DNA of 64,000 bases, taken from an uncultured Erysipelotrichaceae bacterium. GTDB lineage: Bacteria > Bacillota_I > Bacilli_A > Erysipelotrichales > Erysipelotrichaceae. The notes under the pieces are model-generated. The model was given only the letters and a program-made list of their open reading frames with translations, was not told where the DNA came from and searched no databases. Made by a program: the position numbers and the translations under genes. Positions 11,620-21,371 of this stretch are shown here, piece after piece (position 1 is the first letter of the stretch; each line of letters starts with the position of its first letter). The stretch is from contig CAMNFS010000001.1 in assembly GCA_946537255.1 (NCBI GenBank), forward strand, positions 31,713-95,712, given 5' to 3'.

Positions 11620-12321
11620 TCAGGAATCCGAATCCCGGCGAATCATTCCATTCAGAATCAGCCCGTCCGGAATCGAACGCAGCTGTTTCAGGATCGATGT
11701 ATCATACCCTTTCAGGTTCAGGATTTCCCATATTCCTTCCCGGCAGATAAAGGTTCCCGCCACGCCAGCCGCGATAACCACTTCTCCCTCTTCATCCAGT
11801 CTCGCCGCTTTCAGAAGCCGCTCATAAGGGATTTTGAACAGTACAGTCAGAAGATCAACGAACAGCTCTCCGCCGCTGACCAAAAGAATGCGGTCCATGT
11901 CGCTGGAATTTTCATAGATCCTCTGAAACGTATTCCGGATCCGGTTCTCGATATCCTCTCTGCTTTCTCCGCCATAAGGACTCCAGTCCCGGCTTCCGGT
12001 CCTGATTTCATGGATCTCGCCTGCATGCGCAGAGATCTCTGCTCCTTCCAGTGAACCGAAGAATACTTCCTTCAAAGACTTGGTGGCCGCCCATGGAATC
12101 TTCCGTTCATCTTTGATCAAATCGAAACTGTCCCGGCATCTTTCATCCGAAGAAAGATAAGCCGAATTAAACGGCACGGAACGAAGATGCCGGGCGGCAC
12201 TGCGCATCTGTTCCCTTCCTCTGTCTGTTAACGGGCTGTCACACCAGCCTTCCATCCGGCCGGCCGCCTGAAACATCGTTTCTCCATGCCGGCAATAATA
12301 AAATGTCACCTGTTTCATCAC
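11620..12321 (-). CDS. Histidine phosphatase (phosphoglycerate mutase) family protein
   Basis: The catalytic RHGET motif is at residues 11-15 (FYYCRHGETMF). Length is 233 aa. Confidence 0.85.
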   Translation of the reverse strand: MMKQVTFYYCRHGETMFQAAGRMEGWCDSPLTDRGREQMRSAARHLRSVPFNSAYLSSDERCRDSFDLIKDERKIPWAATKSLKEVFFGSLEGAEISAHAGEIHEIRTGSRDWSPYGGESREDIENRIRNTFQRIYENSSDMDRILLVSGGELFVDLLTVLFKIPYERLLKAARLDEEGEVVIAAGVAGTFICREGIWEILNLKGYDTSILKQLRSIPDGLILNGMIRRDSDS

Positions 12322-12401
12322 TCAAATCCATCAGAATGCACATAATGCCCTTTCGTACGAATTATAACCGGACTCGCACATTCATGCATGAAATTTTTAA
12401 A

Positions 12402-13151
12402 TCACTGGCGGAACAGACGCTGAAACAGGTTATAACTGCGAACCGGCAGTCCGGTATGAAGACGGATCATTTCAATCAGAATCGAAAGCTCCTGCAGACA
12501 CGTATCCATGCGGTCCGCAAGCAGCGGCATGTGCCGCTGTTCTGCCTTGGAGACAAGACGGAACCGCTGCAGGGAATCGGAAGGAAGCTGTCTGCCAGAA
12601 GATTTCAGTACACACTTCGGACAGAGAAAACCTCCTTCGGATACAGAAACCGCGGAAACCTGTGAACTGCCGCAGAGCACACAGCCATCCACATAAGGCG
12701 CGATCCCTTCCTTCTTCATGAGCTGACTGACGCTGACCGCAAGCACAAGATCCGCCGGACGTTTTTCATTCAGCATCTTCAGCGCTTCAAGATACAGCTC
12801 ATACTGAAACTCGGCCGTATCCCTGTCTGCGTCATCGTTTGCAAACGCATCCAGCAGTTCCGCGAGCACTGCGGCTGCACAGGAGGCGTTGAGATCCTCA
12901 TGAACCCACCGGAACAGTTCAAGCGAAACGGCGGTTTTCAGACGGAAAATATTCCGACCTTCCTTATAGTCAAACTGATATTCATTGCGGGTATACGGCA
13001 GAGTTCCCGCCCGGTTTTTCGAGGTCATCCTGCGGGCTCCCTGCACGATGAAGGAAAGCCGGCCGTACTCTCTGCTCAGAACCGTAAGAATGATCGAATT
13101 CTCCCTGTAATCCAGTTCCTTCAGAACCAGTCCTTCAGTCTTTTCATTCAT
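12402..13151 (-). CDS. recO: DNA repair protein RecO
   Basis: It has an OB-fold N-terminus (EGLVLKELDYRENSIILTVLSREYGRLSFIVQGARR) and a Cys4 motif (CVLCG...CPKC). ATG 13151 overlaps the era stop (ATGAATGA). The track ORF starts further upstream, inside era. Confidence 0.9.
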   Translation of the reverse strand: MNEKTEGLVLKELDYRENSIILTVLSREYGRLSFIVQGARRMTSKNRAGTLPYTRNEYQFDYKEGRNIFRLKTAVSLELFRWVHEDLNASCAAAVLAELLDAFANDDADRDTAEFQYELYLEALKMLNEKRPADLVLAVSVSQLMKKEGIAPYVDGCVLCGSSQVSAVSVSEGGFLCPKCVLKSSGRQLPSDSLQRFRLVSKAEQRHMPLLADRMDTCLQELSILIEMIRLHTGLPVRSYNLFQRLFRQ

Positions 13152-14031
13152 CGATATGTCCATAGCCGTACTGGGTAATACGGCTGTCAATATCCCGCCA
13201 GTCCTTTTCTACCCGTACAAACAGATGCAGGCGGACATGGCAGTCCAGAAACGCTTCGATTTCCTTTCGCGCGGCGATTCCGATCTTTTTGAGCATCATT
13301 CCCTGTCTGCCGATCACAATCGCCTTCTGACCCGGCTTCTCAACCAGAATCATGGCATGGATATCACATCCATCCTTTGTGAATTCCTTGTTTTCGATAA
13401 TGACGGCACTGGCATGAGGGACTTCTTCCTCCGTGCAGTAAAGAATCTTCTCACGGATGATTTCGGCAATGCGGAAATTTTCCGGGCTGTCATTGATCAC
13501 AGTCCTTGGATACATTGCTTCTCCTTCCGGAAGATACGATATGGTAGTGTTCAGAAGATCATCAAAATTCTTCTGTTTCAAAGCGGAGACCGGGAAAAAC
13601 TCCTGAAAGGAAAACCGGGACTGCCAGCTTTCCAGGTTTCTGAGAACCTCTTCCTTGGAAAGACAGTCAATCTTGTTGAATATGAGAAATACCGGAAGCC
13701 CGGCATTTTTTACAATGGTCAGAACATATTCATCTCCGCTTCCGTACGGCTTGGTTCCATCCGTCACCAGATAGATGACATCTACCCCCTGAATCACAGA
13801 GGCCGCTTCCTTGTTCATCCGTGTTTCAAGACGGTGTCTTGCCTTGTGGATCCCGGGTGTATCCGTAAAGACAATCTGGGCATCCTCGGTATTGACGATG
13901 CCGCGGATTTCACTCCGGGTTGTCTGCGGCTTGGGAGAAACAATCGCGATCTTTTCATTGACCAGGGCGTTGATGAGGGTACTCTTGCCGGCATTCGGGC
14001 GTCCGGCCAGGGCCACAAATCCGGATCTCAT
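13144..14031 (-). CDS. era: GTPase Era
   Basis: It has G1 GRPNAGKST, DTPG, NKID and a C-terminal KH domain. Length is 295 aa. Confidence 0.97.
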   Translation of the reverse strand: MRSGFVALAGRPNAGKSTLINALVNEKIAIVSPKPQTTRSEIRGIVNTEDAQIVFTDTPGIHKARHRLETRMNKEAASVIQGVDVIYLVTDGTKPYGSGDEYVLTIVKNAGLPVFLIFNKIDCLSKEEVLRNLESWQSRFSFQEFFPVSALKQKNFDDLLNTTISYLPEGEAMYPRTVINDSPENFRIAEIIREKILYCTEEEVPHASAVIIENKEFTKDGCDIHAMILVEKPGQKAIVIGRQGMMLKKIGIAARKEIEAFLDCHVRLHLFVRVEKDWRDIDSRITQYGYGHIDE

Positions 14032-14426
14032 GCAAGATCCTCCGGTCCAAACCGCATCGGCACAAGTTCATCAATGGTGGTTTCCCTGATCTCCCTGCGG
14101 TTGGCAAGATAAATCGGTGTGTCTCCATGCATCAGCTCACTGATCACCTGACGGCAGATCCCACAGGGTCCGGCAACCGTATTTCCTTCCGTCACAACAG
14201 CAAGCGCGGCGATATCATCCTTCTGATATCCCTGAGCATAGGCGTTATGCAGAGCGCATCGCTCGGCACAGACGCCGGCCGGATAGCTGGCGTTTTCAAT
14301 ATTGCAGCCGGGAATCACGGTACCATCTTTTGTCAGCACCGCCGCTCCGACAGAATAATGAGAATAAGGGACATACGCATGGCGGAGTGCCTGGAAGGCA
14401 TGCTGAATCAGTTCTTCTTTCGTCAT
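14028..14426 (-). CDS. cdd: Cytidine deaminase
   Basis: The zinc ligands are present (CAERCAL ... PCGICRQ). SD GGAGGA lies 6 nt before ATG 14426. There is a 4-nt overlap with era. Confidence 0.92.
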   Translation of the reverse strand: MTKEELIQHAFQALRHAYVPYSHYSVGAAVLTKDGTVIPGCNIENASYPAGVCAERCALHNAYAQGYQKDDIAALAVVTEGNTVAGPCGICRQVISELMHGDTPIYLANRREIRETTIDELVPMRFGPEDLA

Positions 14427-14430
14427 TTTC

Positions 14431-14772
14431 CTATCCTCCGACAATATGGTGAACCAGAATAACAACAGCGGCAGTCAGCGCCGTTATGGATGCCGTCAGA
14501 ACCGCACCTGCCGCGATATCCTTGATCCGCTTGATTTTCGGATCATAGATCCTGCTCAGATAGCTGCCGATGAATTCAATGGCCGTATTGAGCATTTCTG
14601 TGGTAATCACCATCCCGATGCAGAGAATGAAGATCAGCCATTCCGTATAGGAAAGGTGGAGCACGAAACCGGCAATGACCGCCACAGCGCCCAGGATCAT
14701 CTGCAGACGCACGGCTTCATGCATGAATCCTTCCTTCAGCCCATTGAAAGCAGGCCCGAATTTTTTCTTCAT
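14431..14772 (-). CDS. dgkA: Diacylglycerol/undecaprenol kinase DgkA
   Basis: 113 aa with three hydrophobic helices and the TEMLNTAIE motif typical of DgkA. Confidence 0.88.
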   Translation of the reverse strand: MKKKFGPAFNGLKEGFMHEAVRLQMILGAVAVIAGFVLHLSYTEWLIFILCIGMVITTEMLNTAIEFIGSYLSRIYDPKIKRIKDIAAGAVLTASITALTAAVVILVHHIVGG

Positions 14773-15230
14773 GGTCTCTCCCTCCGGATGATCGGATCAA
14801 GAATCGTATCCTGCAGGGCAAACATTTTCTTCTCTTCCTCCTCTGTCATATGATCATAGCCAAGACAGTGCAGAAGACCATGCGTAAACAGAAAAGAGAT
14901 CTCCCGTTCAAAGGAATGCCCGTACTCTTTTGCCTGGCGGGATGCGTAATCGATGTTGATGAAAAGATCGCCAAGATCCTTCATTTCTTCTTCCGTCTCA
15001 AATCCGGTACTTTCATCCCTGGCAGCGAAGCTGATCACATCGGTCGGACGGTCAATGCCGCGATAATCCCGGTTGATTGTGTGAATCGTGCGGGAACGCA
15101 CAAAAGTAACCGAAATGATCTGGTCCTTTGCAAGATCCAGCACTTCTTCCGCCCGTTCCGCGATTTTCTGAAACAGCCCGGTATACTCATCCATATTCCG
15201 GCTGGTTCGGTTATATACTGTAATTTCCAT
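14769..15230 (-). CDS. ybeY: rRNA maturation endoribonuclease YbeY
   Basis: It has DRPTDVISFA and the zinc motif HGLLHCLGYDH. Homolog N-termini match MEITVYN (ATG 15230). The track ORF extends to 15407 without support. Confidence 0.9.
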   Translation of the reverse strand: MEITVYNRTSRNMDEYTGLFQKIAERAEEVLDLAKDQIISVTFVRSRTIHTINRDYRGIDRPTDVISFAARDESTGFETEEEMKDLGDLFINIDYASRQAKEYGHSFEREISFLFTHGLLHCLGYDHMTEEEEKKMFALQDTILDPIIRRERP

Positions 15231-15298
15231 ATCTGCATCCATTATACTGAATTGATCAGATTTCGCTATGAATAAGTCAGAAGATGATCGTTCAGGGA

Positions 15299-15315
15299 TT
15301 TCTTTCTGAAAGAAA
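15299..15315. promoter_or_regulatory. Perfect 17-bp palindrome in the ybeY/MFS divergent region (candidate operator)
   Basis: TTTCTTTC-T-GAAAGAAA has 8-bp perfect arms. It lies 47 nt upstream of the MFS start codon. Confidence 0.3.
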
Positions 15316-15361
15316 CCGTTAAAATGATGATACATCCCTTTAGATTGGCAAGGAGGAGCAA

Positions 15362-16594
15362 ATGAACACAGACCGCGCGAGAAAGATACAGATTCTGAGC
15401 AGTGCAATGATGATTGTCTATTACGTGATCATGGCTGCTTCACTGGGCTATTTCATGGCATATCTGGTCGGGGCAGGCTGTACCCCTGGTTTTGTCGGCA
15501 TCCTGATTGCCGTTTACTCGGCCGGGGCCGCGTTTTTTCAGCCGCTGCTGGGGCGGATCTCCGACTCCTCACCGTTTTTTGACTGGAAAAAACAGCTGTT
15601 CGTACTGGGCGGTTTCGGCATCATTTTCTCCATTCTGATGATCTTTCTGAGGGGAAAAACCGAATCCTGTATCCTGTTTGTCCTGGTTTCTGTGATCGTG
15701 CAGTGCATGGGACCGCTGATTTTCGCGTCCCCGTTCTACTATCAGCGCTATGGCATTGAGGTCAACTTCGGGAAAATCCGGGCATTCGGCTCCCTGTCCT
15801 ATGCCATCGCCGCCTATGTGCTCGGTCAGATGATCAGCGGGATCGGACTTGTCATCATACCGGTCTGCTGTTCCCTGTTCATGTTTCTGATCAGTGTCAT
15901 CTGCATTCTGCTTCCCCGCATGAGCGAACCGCCTCAATCCCTCTCCGCGCTTACCAAGGAACAGCGGCGGGATGCACTGCTTGCCTCCATTGAACATCAA
16001 AAAGCCCGCAGTTCCCTTCCGATCTGGAAAAAGTATCCCAACTTTCCTCTGCTTCTGACAGCGGTATTCTTCATCATGTTTACCTTCAACATGGTCAATG
16101 CCTACCTGCTTCAGATTGTGGAACGTGCGGGCGGAAACAGCGCCATGCTTGGAACCGCGGGTGCCGTCGGAGCGGTCTTTGAAATTCCGATGATTTTCTT
16201 TTTTACAGCCCTTCTGAAACGGTTATCCGTCACCCGTCTTATCATCATCGGAGCTATCGGATTCACTCTCCGGGCAGCACTGTATATTTTTCTTGCCAGT
16301 CCGGCGGGGGTTCTGGGTGTTACGGCAATGTCCTGTGTTTCCTATGCCATCATGGCACCCGCGGTTGTCTATGTGACGGACCGCATGATTCATCCCGAGG
16401 ATGCCATTACCGGACAGGCAATGATGGCTTCGGCTCAGATGGTCTGTTCCATTGTGTCCAATGTGATTTTCGGAGTGATCTACGATTCCTTCGGTCTGGT
16501 TCCGGTGCTGGCTTCTTCTGCTGTCTTTTCATTGATCGGTGTGATTCTCGCCGTGATCGCTGATAAGCGCTGCGGCATGAAGCCCGAAGCCTGA
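15362..16594 (+). CDS. MFS transporter
   Basis: 410 aa with about 12 hydrophobic segments and the MFS loop motif GRISD between TM2 and TM3. SD AAGGAGGA is present. Confidence 0.85.
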   Translation: MNTDRARKIQILSSAMMIVYYVIMAASLGYFMAYLVGAGCTPGFVGILIAVYSAGAAFFQPLLGRISDSSPFFDWKKQLFVLGGFGIIFSILMIFLRGKTESCILFVLVSVIVQCMGPLIFASPFYYQRYGIEVNFGKIRAFGSLSYAIAAYVLGQMISGIGLVIIPVCCSLFMFLISVICILLPRMSEPPQSLSALTKEQRRDALLASIEHQKARSSLPIWKKYPNFPLLLTAVFFIMFTFNMVNAYLLQIVERAGGNSAMLGTAGAVGAVFEIPMIFFFTALLKRLSVTRLIIIGAIGFTLRAALYIFLASPAGVLGVTAMSCVSYAIMAPAVVYVTDRMIHPEDAITGQAMMASAQMVCSIVSNVIFGVIYDSFGLVPVLASSAVFSLIGVILAVIADKRCGMKPEA

Positions 16595-16650
16595 AGGCGC
16601 ACGCGGAAAAAAAGACCCCGCTTTCTGACGGAGTCCATGCTTCAGTTGTT

Positions 16651-16677
16651 TCCGGAAGACATCTTCCGGATTTTTAT
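16651..16677 (+). terminator. Rho-independent terminator after the MFS gene
   Basis: TCCGGAAG-acat-CTTCCGGA (8-bp stem) is followed by TTTTT. It overlaps the phoH stop codon. Confidence 0.75.
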
Positions 16678-17630
16678 TTCTGACTGTATCGCTCAATGAT
16701 CTTCTGGACCAGCGGATGACGGACCACATCATCACTGGTGAGCTCAAGAATGGAAATCTCATCAATGCCGCGGAGGATGGAGGATGCCTGAATAAGACCG
16801 GACTCCTCTCCTTTTTTCAGATCCATCTGGGTAACATCCCCGGTAATGACCATGCGCGAATGAAAGCCAAGCCGGGTCAGAAACATCTTCATCTGGGCAC
16901 CGGTGGTATTCTGAGCCTCATCCAGAATCACAAAGGAATCATCCAGCGTACGGCCGCGCATATAGGCTAACGGAGCAATTTCAATCGTTCCCTTTTCAAT
17001 CAGGGATTCCGTTTTCTCCACCCCCAGCATGTCATGAAGCGCATCATACAGCGGTGTCAGATACGGATCGACCTTTTCCTTCATGTCTCCAGGCAGAAAA
17101 CCGAGATTTTCGCCGGCTTCAACGGCAGGCCGGGTGAGAACAATCCGTTTCACATTGCCCTTTTTAAGTTCAGACACTGCCTTGATCACAGCCAGGAAGG
17201 TCTTTCCGGTACCGGCCGGACCAATCGCAAAAACCACGGAGCTGTTCTCCATTGCCTTGACAAAGTCATACTGCCCCTTTGTCTTTGGAGCAATCGCCTT
17301 GCCGGTCAGCGTACGTCCGATCACCGTCTGAGAATAATCATCAAAATGGATCTTTTCATTTCTTGTGACAAGACGGCAGGCATAGATTACATCCTGCTCG
17401 GATACAACCTGATTCTTCCTTGCCACCTCATATAATGCCGCGAGTACCTCCTGTATCTGCTGATAGGTTTCCTCGCCGCACTCCCGGATCGTAAAGGTAT
17501 TGTCACGGAAAGTAATCTCCTTGCCGAAGCATTCCTCAAGGACAATCAGGTTGCGGTCGGAGGTGCCGGCCATCGACATTGCCTGCAGAGGAGTCATCTC
17601 CTCAAATACAATCGTTCTGGTTTTTTCCAA
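16674..17630 (-). CDS. phoH: PhoH-like ATPase
   Basis: It has Walker A GPAGTGKT and PhoH-family sequence throughout. Length is 318 aa. It uses a TTG start with SD AGGGGGA. Confidence 0.93.
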   Translation of the reverse strand: MEKTRTIVFEEMTPLQAMSMAGTSDRNLIVLEECFGKEITFRDNTFTIRECGEETYQQIQEVLAALYEVARKNQVVSEQDVIYACRLVTRNEKIHFDDYSQTVIGRTLTGKAIAPKTKGQYDFVKAMENSSVVFAIGPAGTGKTFLAVIKAVSELKKGNVKRIVLTRPAVEAGENLGFLPGDMKEKVDPYLTPLYDALHDMLGVEKTESLIEKGTIEIAPLAYMRGRTLDDSFVILDEAQNTTGAQMKMFLTRLGFHSRMVITGDVTQMDLKKGEESGLIQASSILRGIDEISILELTSDDVVRHPLVQKIIERYSQK

Positions 17631-17662
17631 AGGTGTTCCCCCTATTTCAGTTTCTATTGTTT

Positions 17663-17690
17663 ATTCTAGACGATTCCATGCGTAATGCAA
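17663..17690 (-). promoter_or_regulatory. Sigma-A type promoter for phoH
   Basis: The minus strand reads TTGCAT, a 16-nt spacer, then TAGAAT, about 30 nt upstream of the phoH start. Confidence 0.5.
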
Positions 17691-17843
17691 AAGAATAATC
17701 CATGCGCTCTCTGAAAGAGAGACAGTCTTCTGTGTGATGATGGATCTGTTTTCCTTCCTGCTTTTTCTTCATGGAGAAGCGTTAGAAAGGAAACAACAGA
17801 AGGTCCGTCTGTTTATGAATTCCGTCGGTATCTCTGTTTTTTC

Positions 17844-19163
17844 TCAGCAGCTGTGATTCCCTGGAATGCAGTCTTTGAAAACCACATCATGAATGGAATC
17901 AGGCCAGTCTTTTAGCGGCTCTATTCTGATCACTGCATTGTGATCCGGACAGACACAGTGTTCAAAATGGATGTCCTGGAAAACCGGAATATCCTGGGGG
18001 TCAGCGGTTATTCTGACCGGATCGTTCTGATCCATCTGATTATGGACATAATCCATGGACAGAACAATCGCTTCATTGCGGATGTTTACCATATGAATAT
18101 TCCGCATCGTGATATTTTCCACCGTCCCGCCCCGGCCAATGGCACTTTTGAAGCGGATGCCGACATCGGAATCAATGAAGGTACAGTCCCTTACGAGCAC
18201 ATTTCTGATTCCCCGTGACATTTCTGATCCAACTACAAATCCACCATGGCTCTGCCCGACAGAGCAATGATGAATCAGAACATTCTCGCATGGGCCGGAA
18301 ATGGCTCTGGCTTCTTTGTCCTTTCCGGATTTCAGGCAGATTCCATCATCCCCGGTCTCAAGATCGCAATGATGAATGTGCACCCTGCTGCAGGAATCCA
18401 CATCAATTCCGTCACCGTTCTGTGCCCAGTACGGGTTGTGTATTGAAACATGAGCTGCCGTAAAATCCTCACAGAAATACGGATGCAGGTTCCAGGCCGG
18501 AGAATTCCGCAGATGGACTCCCTGGAGAAGAACCTTCTGACAGTGTCGGAAACTGACCATCACCGGACGGTAGAAATCCCAGTATGGCTTTGCGGCCATC
18601 AGCGCCTGTTCATCCGTATCCGACTTCGGAAGAACTTCCCCTGCATAACGACCCTCAAGAATGGATGCCGAAGGCACCCAGATCCCGCCCTCACTGCTTT
18701 CAATCACAGTATCAGAAGAGAGCTTCAGAAGATGATTCCACTGGCGCTCTGTCAGCTTGAACTGTTTGACTGGCCGCCACATATGACCATTGCCGTCAAT
18801 CGTTCCGTTTCCGGTAACTGCGATATTCTCCGCGTGATGGGCATACAGCATGGAAACCGTCCGGATCCGCCGGATCCCTTCAAAGTCCGTAATCACCAGC
18901 GGATACTCTTCCATGTTTTTGGAAAACAGAATCAGGGAATTGTCTGAAAGATGCAGTTCCACATTGGATCGCAGCTCAATCGGTCCGCTCAGCCAGATGC
19001 CATCCGGCACAATGATTCTTCCGCCGTTTTCACTGGCCGCAGCCACCGCTTTCCGGAACGCCTCCGTATTGGAGACGGTTCCTCCGGAAACCGCTCCGAA
19101 GCTTCTCAGATCAAATTCCCGATCGGGTATGCTGGGAAGCTGCACTTCAAATTCATGAAACAT
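17844..19163 (-). CDS. Glycoside hydrolase family 28 (polygalacturonase-like)
   Basis: It has the GH28 motifs NGDGIDVDSC, TGDDGICLKSG, SHGGFVVGSEMS and IRFKS. Length is 439 aa. SD AAGGAGA is present. Confidence 0.85.
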   Translation of the reverse strand: MFHEFEVQLPSIPDREFDLRSFGAVSGGTVSNTEAFRKAVAAASENGGRIIVPDGIWLSGPIELRSNVELHLSDNSLILFSKNMEEYPLVITDFEGIRRIRTVSMLYAHHAENIAVTGNGTIDGNGHMWRPVKQFKLTERQWNHLLKLSSDTVIESSEGGIWVPSASILEGRYAGEVLPKSDTDEQALMAAKPYWDFYRPVMVSFRHCQKVLLQGVHLRNSPAWNLHPYFCEDFTAAHVSIHNPYWAQNGDGIDVDSCSRVHIHHCDLETGDDGICLKSGKDKEARAISGPCENVLIHHCSVGQSHGGFVVGSEMSRGIRNVLVRDCTFIDSDVGIRFKSAIGRGGTVENITMRNIHMVNIRNEAIVLSMDYVHNQMDQNDPVRITADPQDIPVFQDIHFEHCVCPDHNAVIRIEPLKDWPDSIHDVVFKDCIPGNHSC

Positions 19164-19176
19164 CGCGTTATCTCCT

Positions 19177-21276
19177 TTATGATTCCAGCAGCCGGAACCT
19201 GCATTCTCTGTTTTCCGGATTCAGATGAACACGCACGATCTGCTCGCCCCTGTACCGCCATGGCTCCGGCAGAAGGATCTGATACTCTGTGTCAATCGGC
19301 AGAGCCATGTCAAGGACGACATGAAGCATTCCTTCCTCAATCATCAGACAGCGCAGTTCCGCTCCCATTGCATAATGCCCGCTGGAAGCGACAACAACCG
19401 GTCGGTCCTCCATCCGCTCCACCTTGATCACTTCCGCCCCATGCGGCGGGATGGTTCCAAACCGGACCGTTTCATTTGCTTCCACATGAAGCTGGAAAAG
19501 ACCGGAATAGAATCCGCAGACAGCGTATTTTCCTTCCTCAAGAGAAAGCATGGAAAGATCGAGTTCCGCTGCCTTTTCATCTGTATCAGACCAGTTAATC
19601 AGACAGACACAATGCACATCGGACTTACGAATCCACACATCCATCATGAAAGGAAACCGCTCTTTCGAAAACCAGTTCAAGGGTCTCACCGTTCGATCCA
19701 AAACCGGCAGAATATGCCGGATTTCCAGCAGCCGGCTGTCACTGATCCGATCGAGCGGTTCGGTCTGGCACATGATCCCGCCGCCGGCAAACTGATTGAC
19801 CAGTTCTGTTCTGACCTCATCGTCATTCAGAAGTCCAAGAGTCAGTCTGAGATTTCTTTCCATAACCGGGTTTCTGCGTATCATCAGCGCGTCGGGATCA
19901 TTGGCCCACCATGCATTCATATACCAGCGGTACATACTCTGGCGGATCGTATACGGGGCGGTCTTCCCGCCTTTGTTAATGGAGGAACTCCACATGGAAA
20001 GCACATCCGCTCCGGTTCTCTGCGCGTCCACAAGACCGATCACCGGATCATAAAGCCCGCCGCACATCAGGAAAAAAGCTTCCTCCCCCATTCCTTCACG
20101 AATCGCGGAAACAGCCCGGAAGTATGCCTGAGCCAGCGTGACCGTCGGATCATGATACAGTGCGTTTTCAAAAATCACCGGAGCTCTTGTAAAGTCAAGC
20201 TTGTGATATGCATAGCCCCATTCACTGGTAAATCGATGATAGAGCTTTCGGAAATAGTCATCCACCGTCGGATCCGTAATATCAAAAACATAGTAGACCG
20301 TGTCATTCATTGCGAAAAGACAGGGCTTTCCTTGTCTGTCCTTCAGTATCCATTCCGGGTGGGTTTTCCAGATGGATGCGGATGAATGAGCCACAAACGG
20401 ACTGGACCAGATGCCTGGAATCAGTCCGGCTTCCCGAATCTCTTCCGCGATCTGTTTCATGGTAATTGGAAACCGATCATTCGGTTCATATTCTCCAAGC
20501 GTGACTTCCCATCCCTCATCCACCTGGAACACTTCATATGGAAGATTTCTTGCGCGGATGATGGACAGACAGGTTCTGACATCTTCATACGAAACCGTAA
20601 GGCCGTAGTAATACCATGTGCAGAAAACAACAGGATGACGGCGGTTTCTTGCGCCATAGCGTAACGCTCTTCGCTCTGCGAATTCATTCACTTCCCTTTC
20701 CGCATCATAAACAGCCGCGATCCGGATGGATTCCGTAGAAACGGTCTGATGAGGATCAAGCCGGATTCCAAACAGGGTTTCCGAATGAAGAGAGGAAATC
20801 TCAGCATCCCCGTTCAAAGAGATGCAGGTCTGTACCAGCTGATCCCGGCAGCTCAGAAAGGTGATGGCAAGGATTCTGCCGCCTTCACCCTGAATCAGAG
20901 TCAGATGATCACTGATGACCTGTCTGTTTTCATTCCGTTCCACGTCATCTCCGGATTCCGTGACCGTAAGCGATACATCCTCCAGCCGCTCATCTTCAGA
21001 ACCGCTTTCAAATACACCGGGCATGTCATTTTTATGACGGCCGCTTCGGAACACCTTATACGGCGGCATTCCGATCGCAAAGTCTTCGAGAGTGGATGTT
21101 TCAAACAGAACCGCCTTCTTCAGAAAAACCGGCTGTTCCCCGTTGTTTGTGATTTCGGCGTGATATTCCACGAAATGATCTCCTGTCCTTTCAATAACAG
21201 TCCTGGTTTCAATGATCGTTTCAGGCGCTGCTTCATCCCCAGATTCCGCAACCGCATACGCTTTGAATTCCGGCAT
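19177..21276 (-). CDS. GH36-like alpha-galactosidase family glycosidase
   Basis: It has a TIM-barrel core with FQVDEGWE, a YHKLDF nucleophile region and MCGGLYD, arranged as in GH36. ATG 21276 (MPEFKAY) has SD AAAGGAGAG. The track start at 21300 has none. Confidence 0.65.
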   Translation of the reverse strand: MPEFKAYAVAESGDEAAPETIIETRTVIERTGDHFVEYHAEITNNGEQPVFLKKAVLFETSTLEDFAIGMPPYKVFRSGRHKNDMPGVFESGSEDERLEDVSLTVTESGDDVERNENRQVISDHLTLIQGEGGRILAITFLSCRDQLVQTCISLNGDAEISSLHSETLFGIRLDPHQTVSTESIRIAAVYDAEREVNEFAERRALRYGARNRRHPVVFCTWYYYGLTVSYEDVRTCLSIIRARNLPYEVFQVDEGWEVTLGEYEPNDRFPITMKQIAEEIREAGLIPGIWSSPFVAHSSASIWKTHPEWILKDRQGKPCLFAMNDTVYYVFDITDPTVDDYFRKLYHRFTSEWGYAYHKLDFTRAPVIFENALYHDPTVTLAQAYFRAVSAIREGMGEEAFFLMCGGLYDPVIGLVDAQRTGADVLSMWSSSINKGGKTAPYTIRQSMYRWYMNAWWANDPDALMIRRNPVMERNLRLTLGLLNDDEVRTELVNQFAGGGIMCQTEPLDRISDSRLLEIRHILPVLDRTVRPLNWFSKERFPFMMDVWIRKSDVHCVCLINWSDTDEKAAELDLSMLSLEEGKYAVCGFYSGLFQLHVEANETVRFGTIPPHGAEVIKVERMEDRPVVVASSGHYAMGAELRCLMIEEGMLHVVLDMALPIDTEYQILLPEPWRYRGEQIVRVHLNPENRECRFRLLES

Positions 21277-21340
21277 GCATTCTCTCCTTTCCACTTTCAT
21301 TCCTGCATGTATTATAGGAAATCATTGCCATTTCAAAATG

Positions 21341-21371
21341 CAAAAAAAATGGCAGCACTTCCGCGGCCATT
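21341..21371 (-). terminator. Terminator after the pentapeptide-repeat gene
   Basis: The minus strand has AATGGC...GCCATT arms followed by T8, directly after the stop codon. Confidence 0.5.

Noticed and set aside
17631-17843. Short repeats (CCATGCG twice) and a small hairpin CTCTCT-gaa-AGAGAG between the GH28 gene and phoH. I considered an sRNA or a terminator.
   Set aside because: The hairpin has no U-tract and the repeats are only 7 nt. The region is adequately explained by the phoH promoter (TTGCAT-16-TAGAAT).
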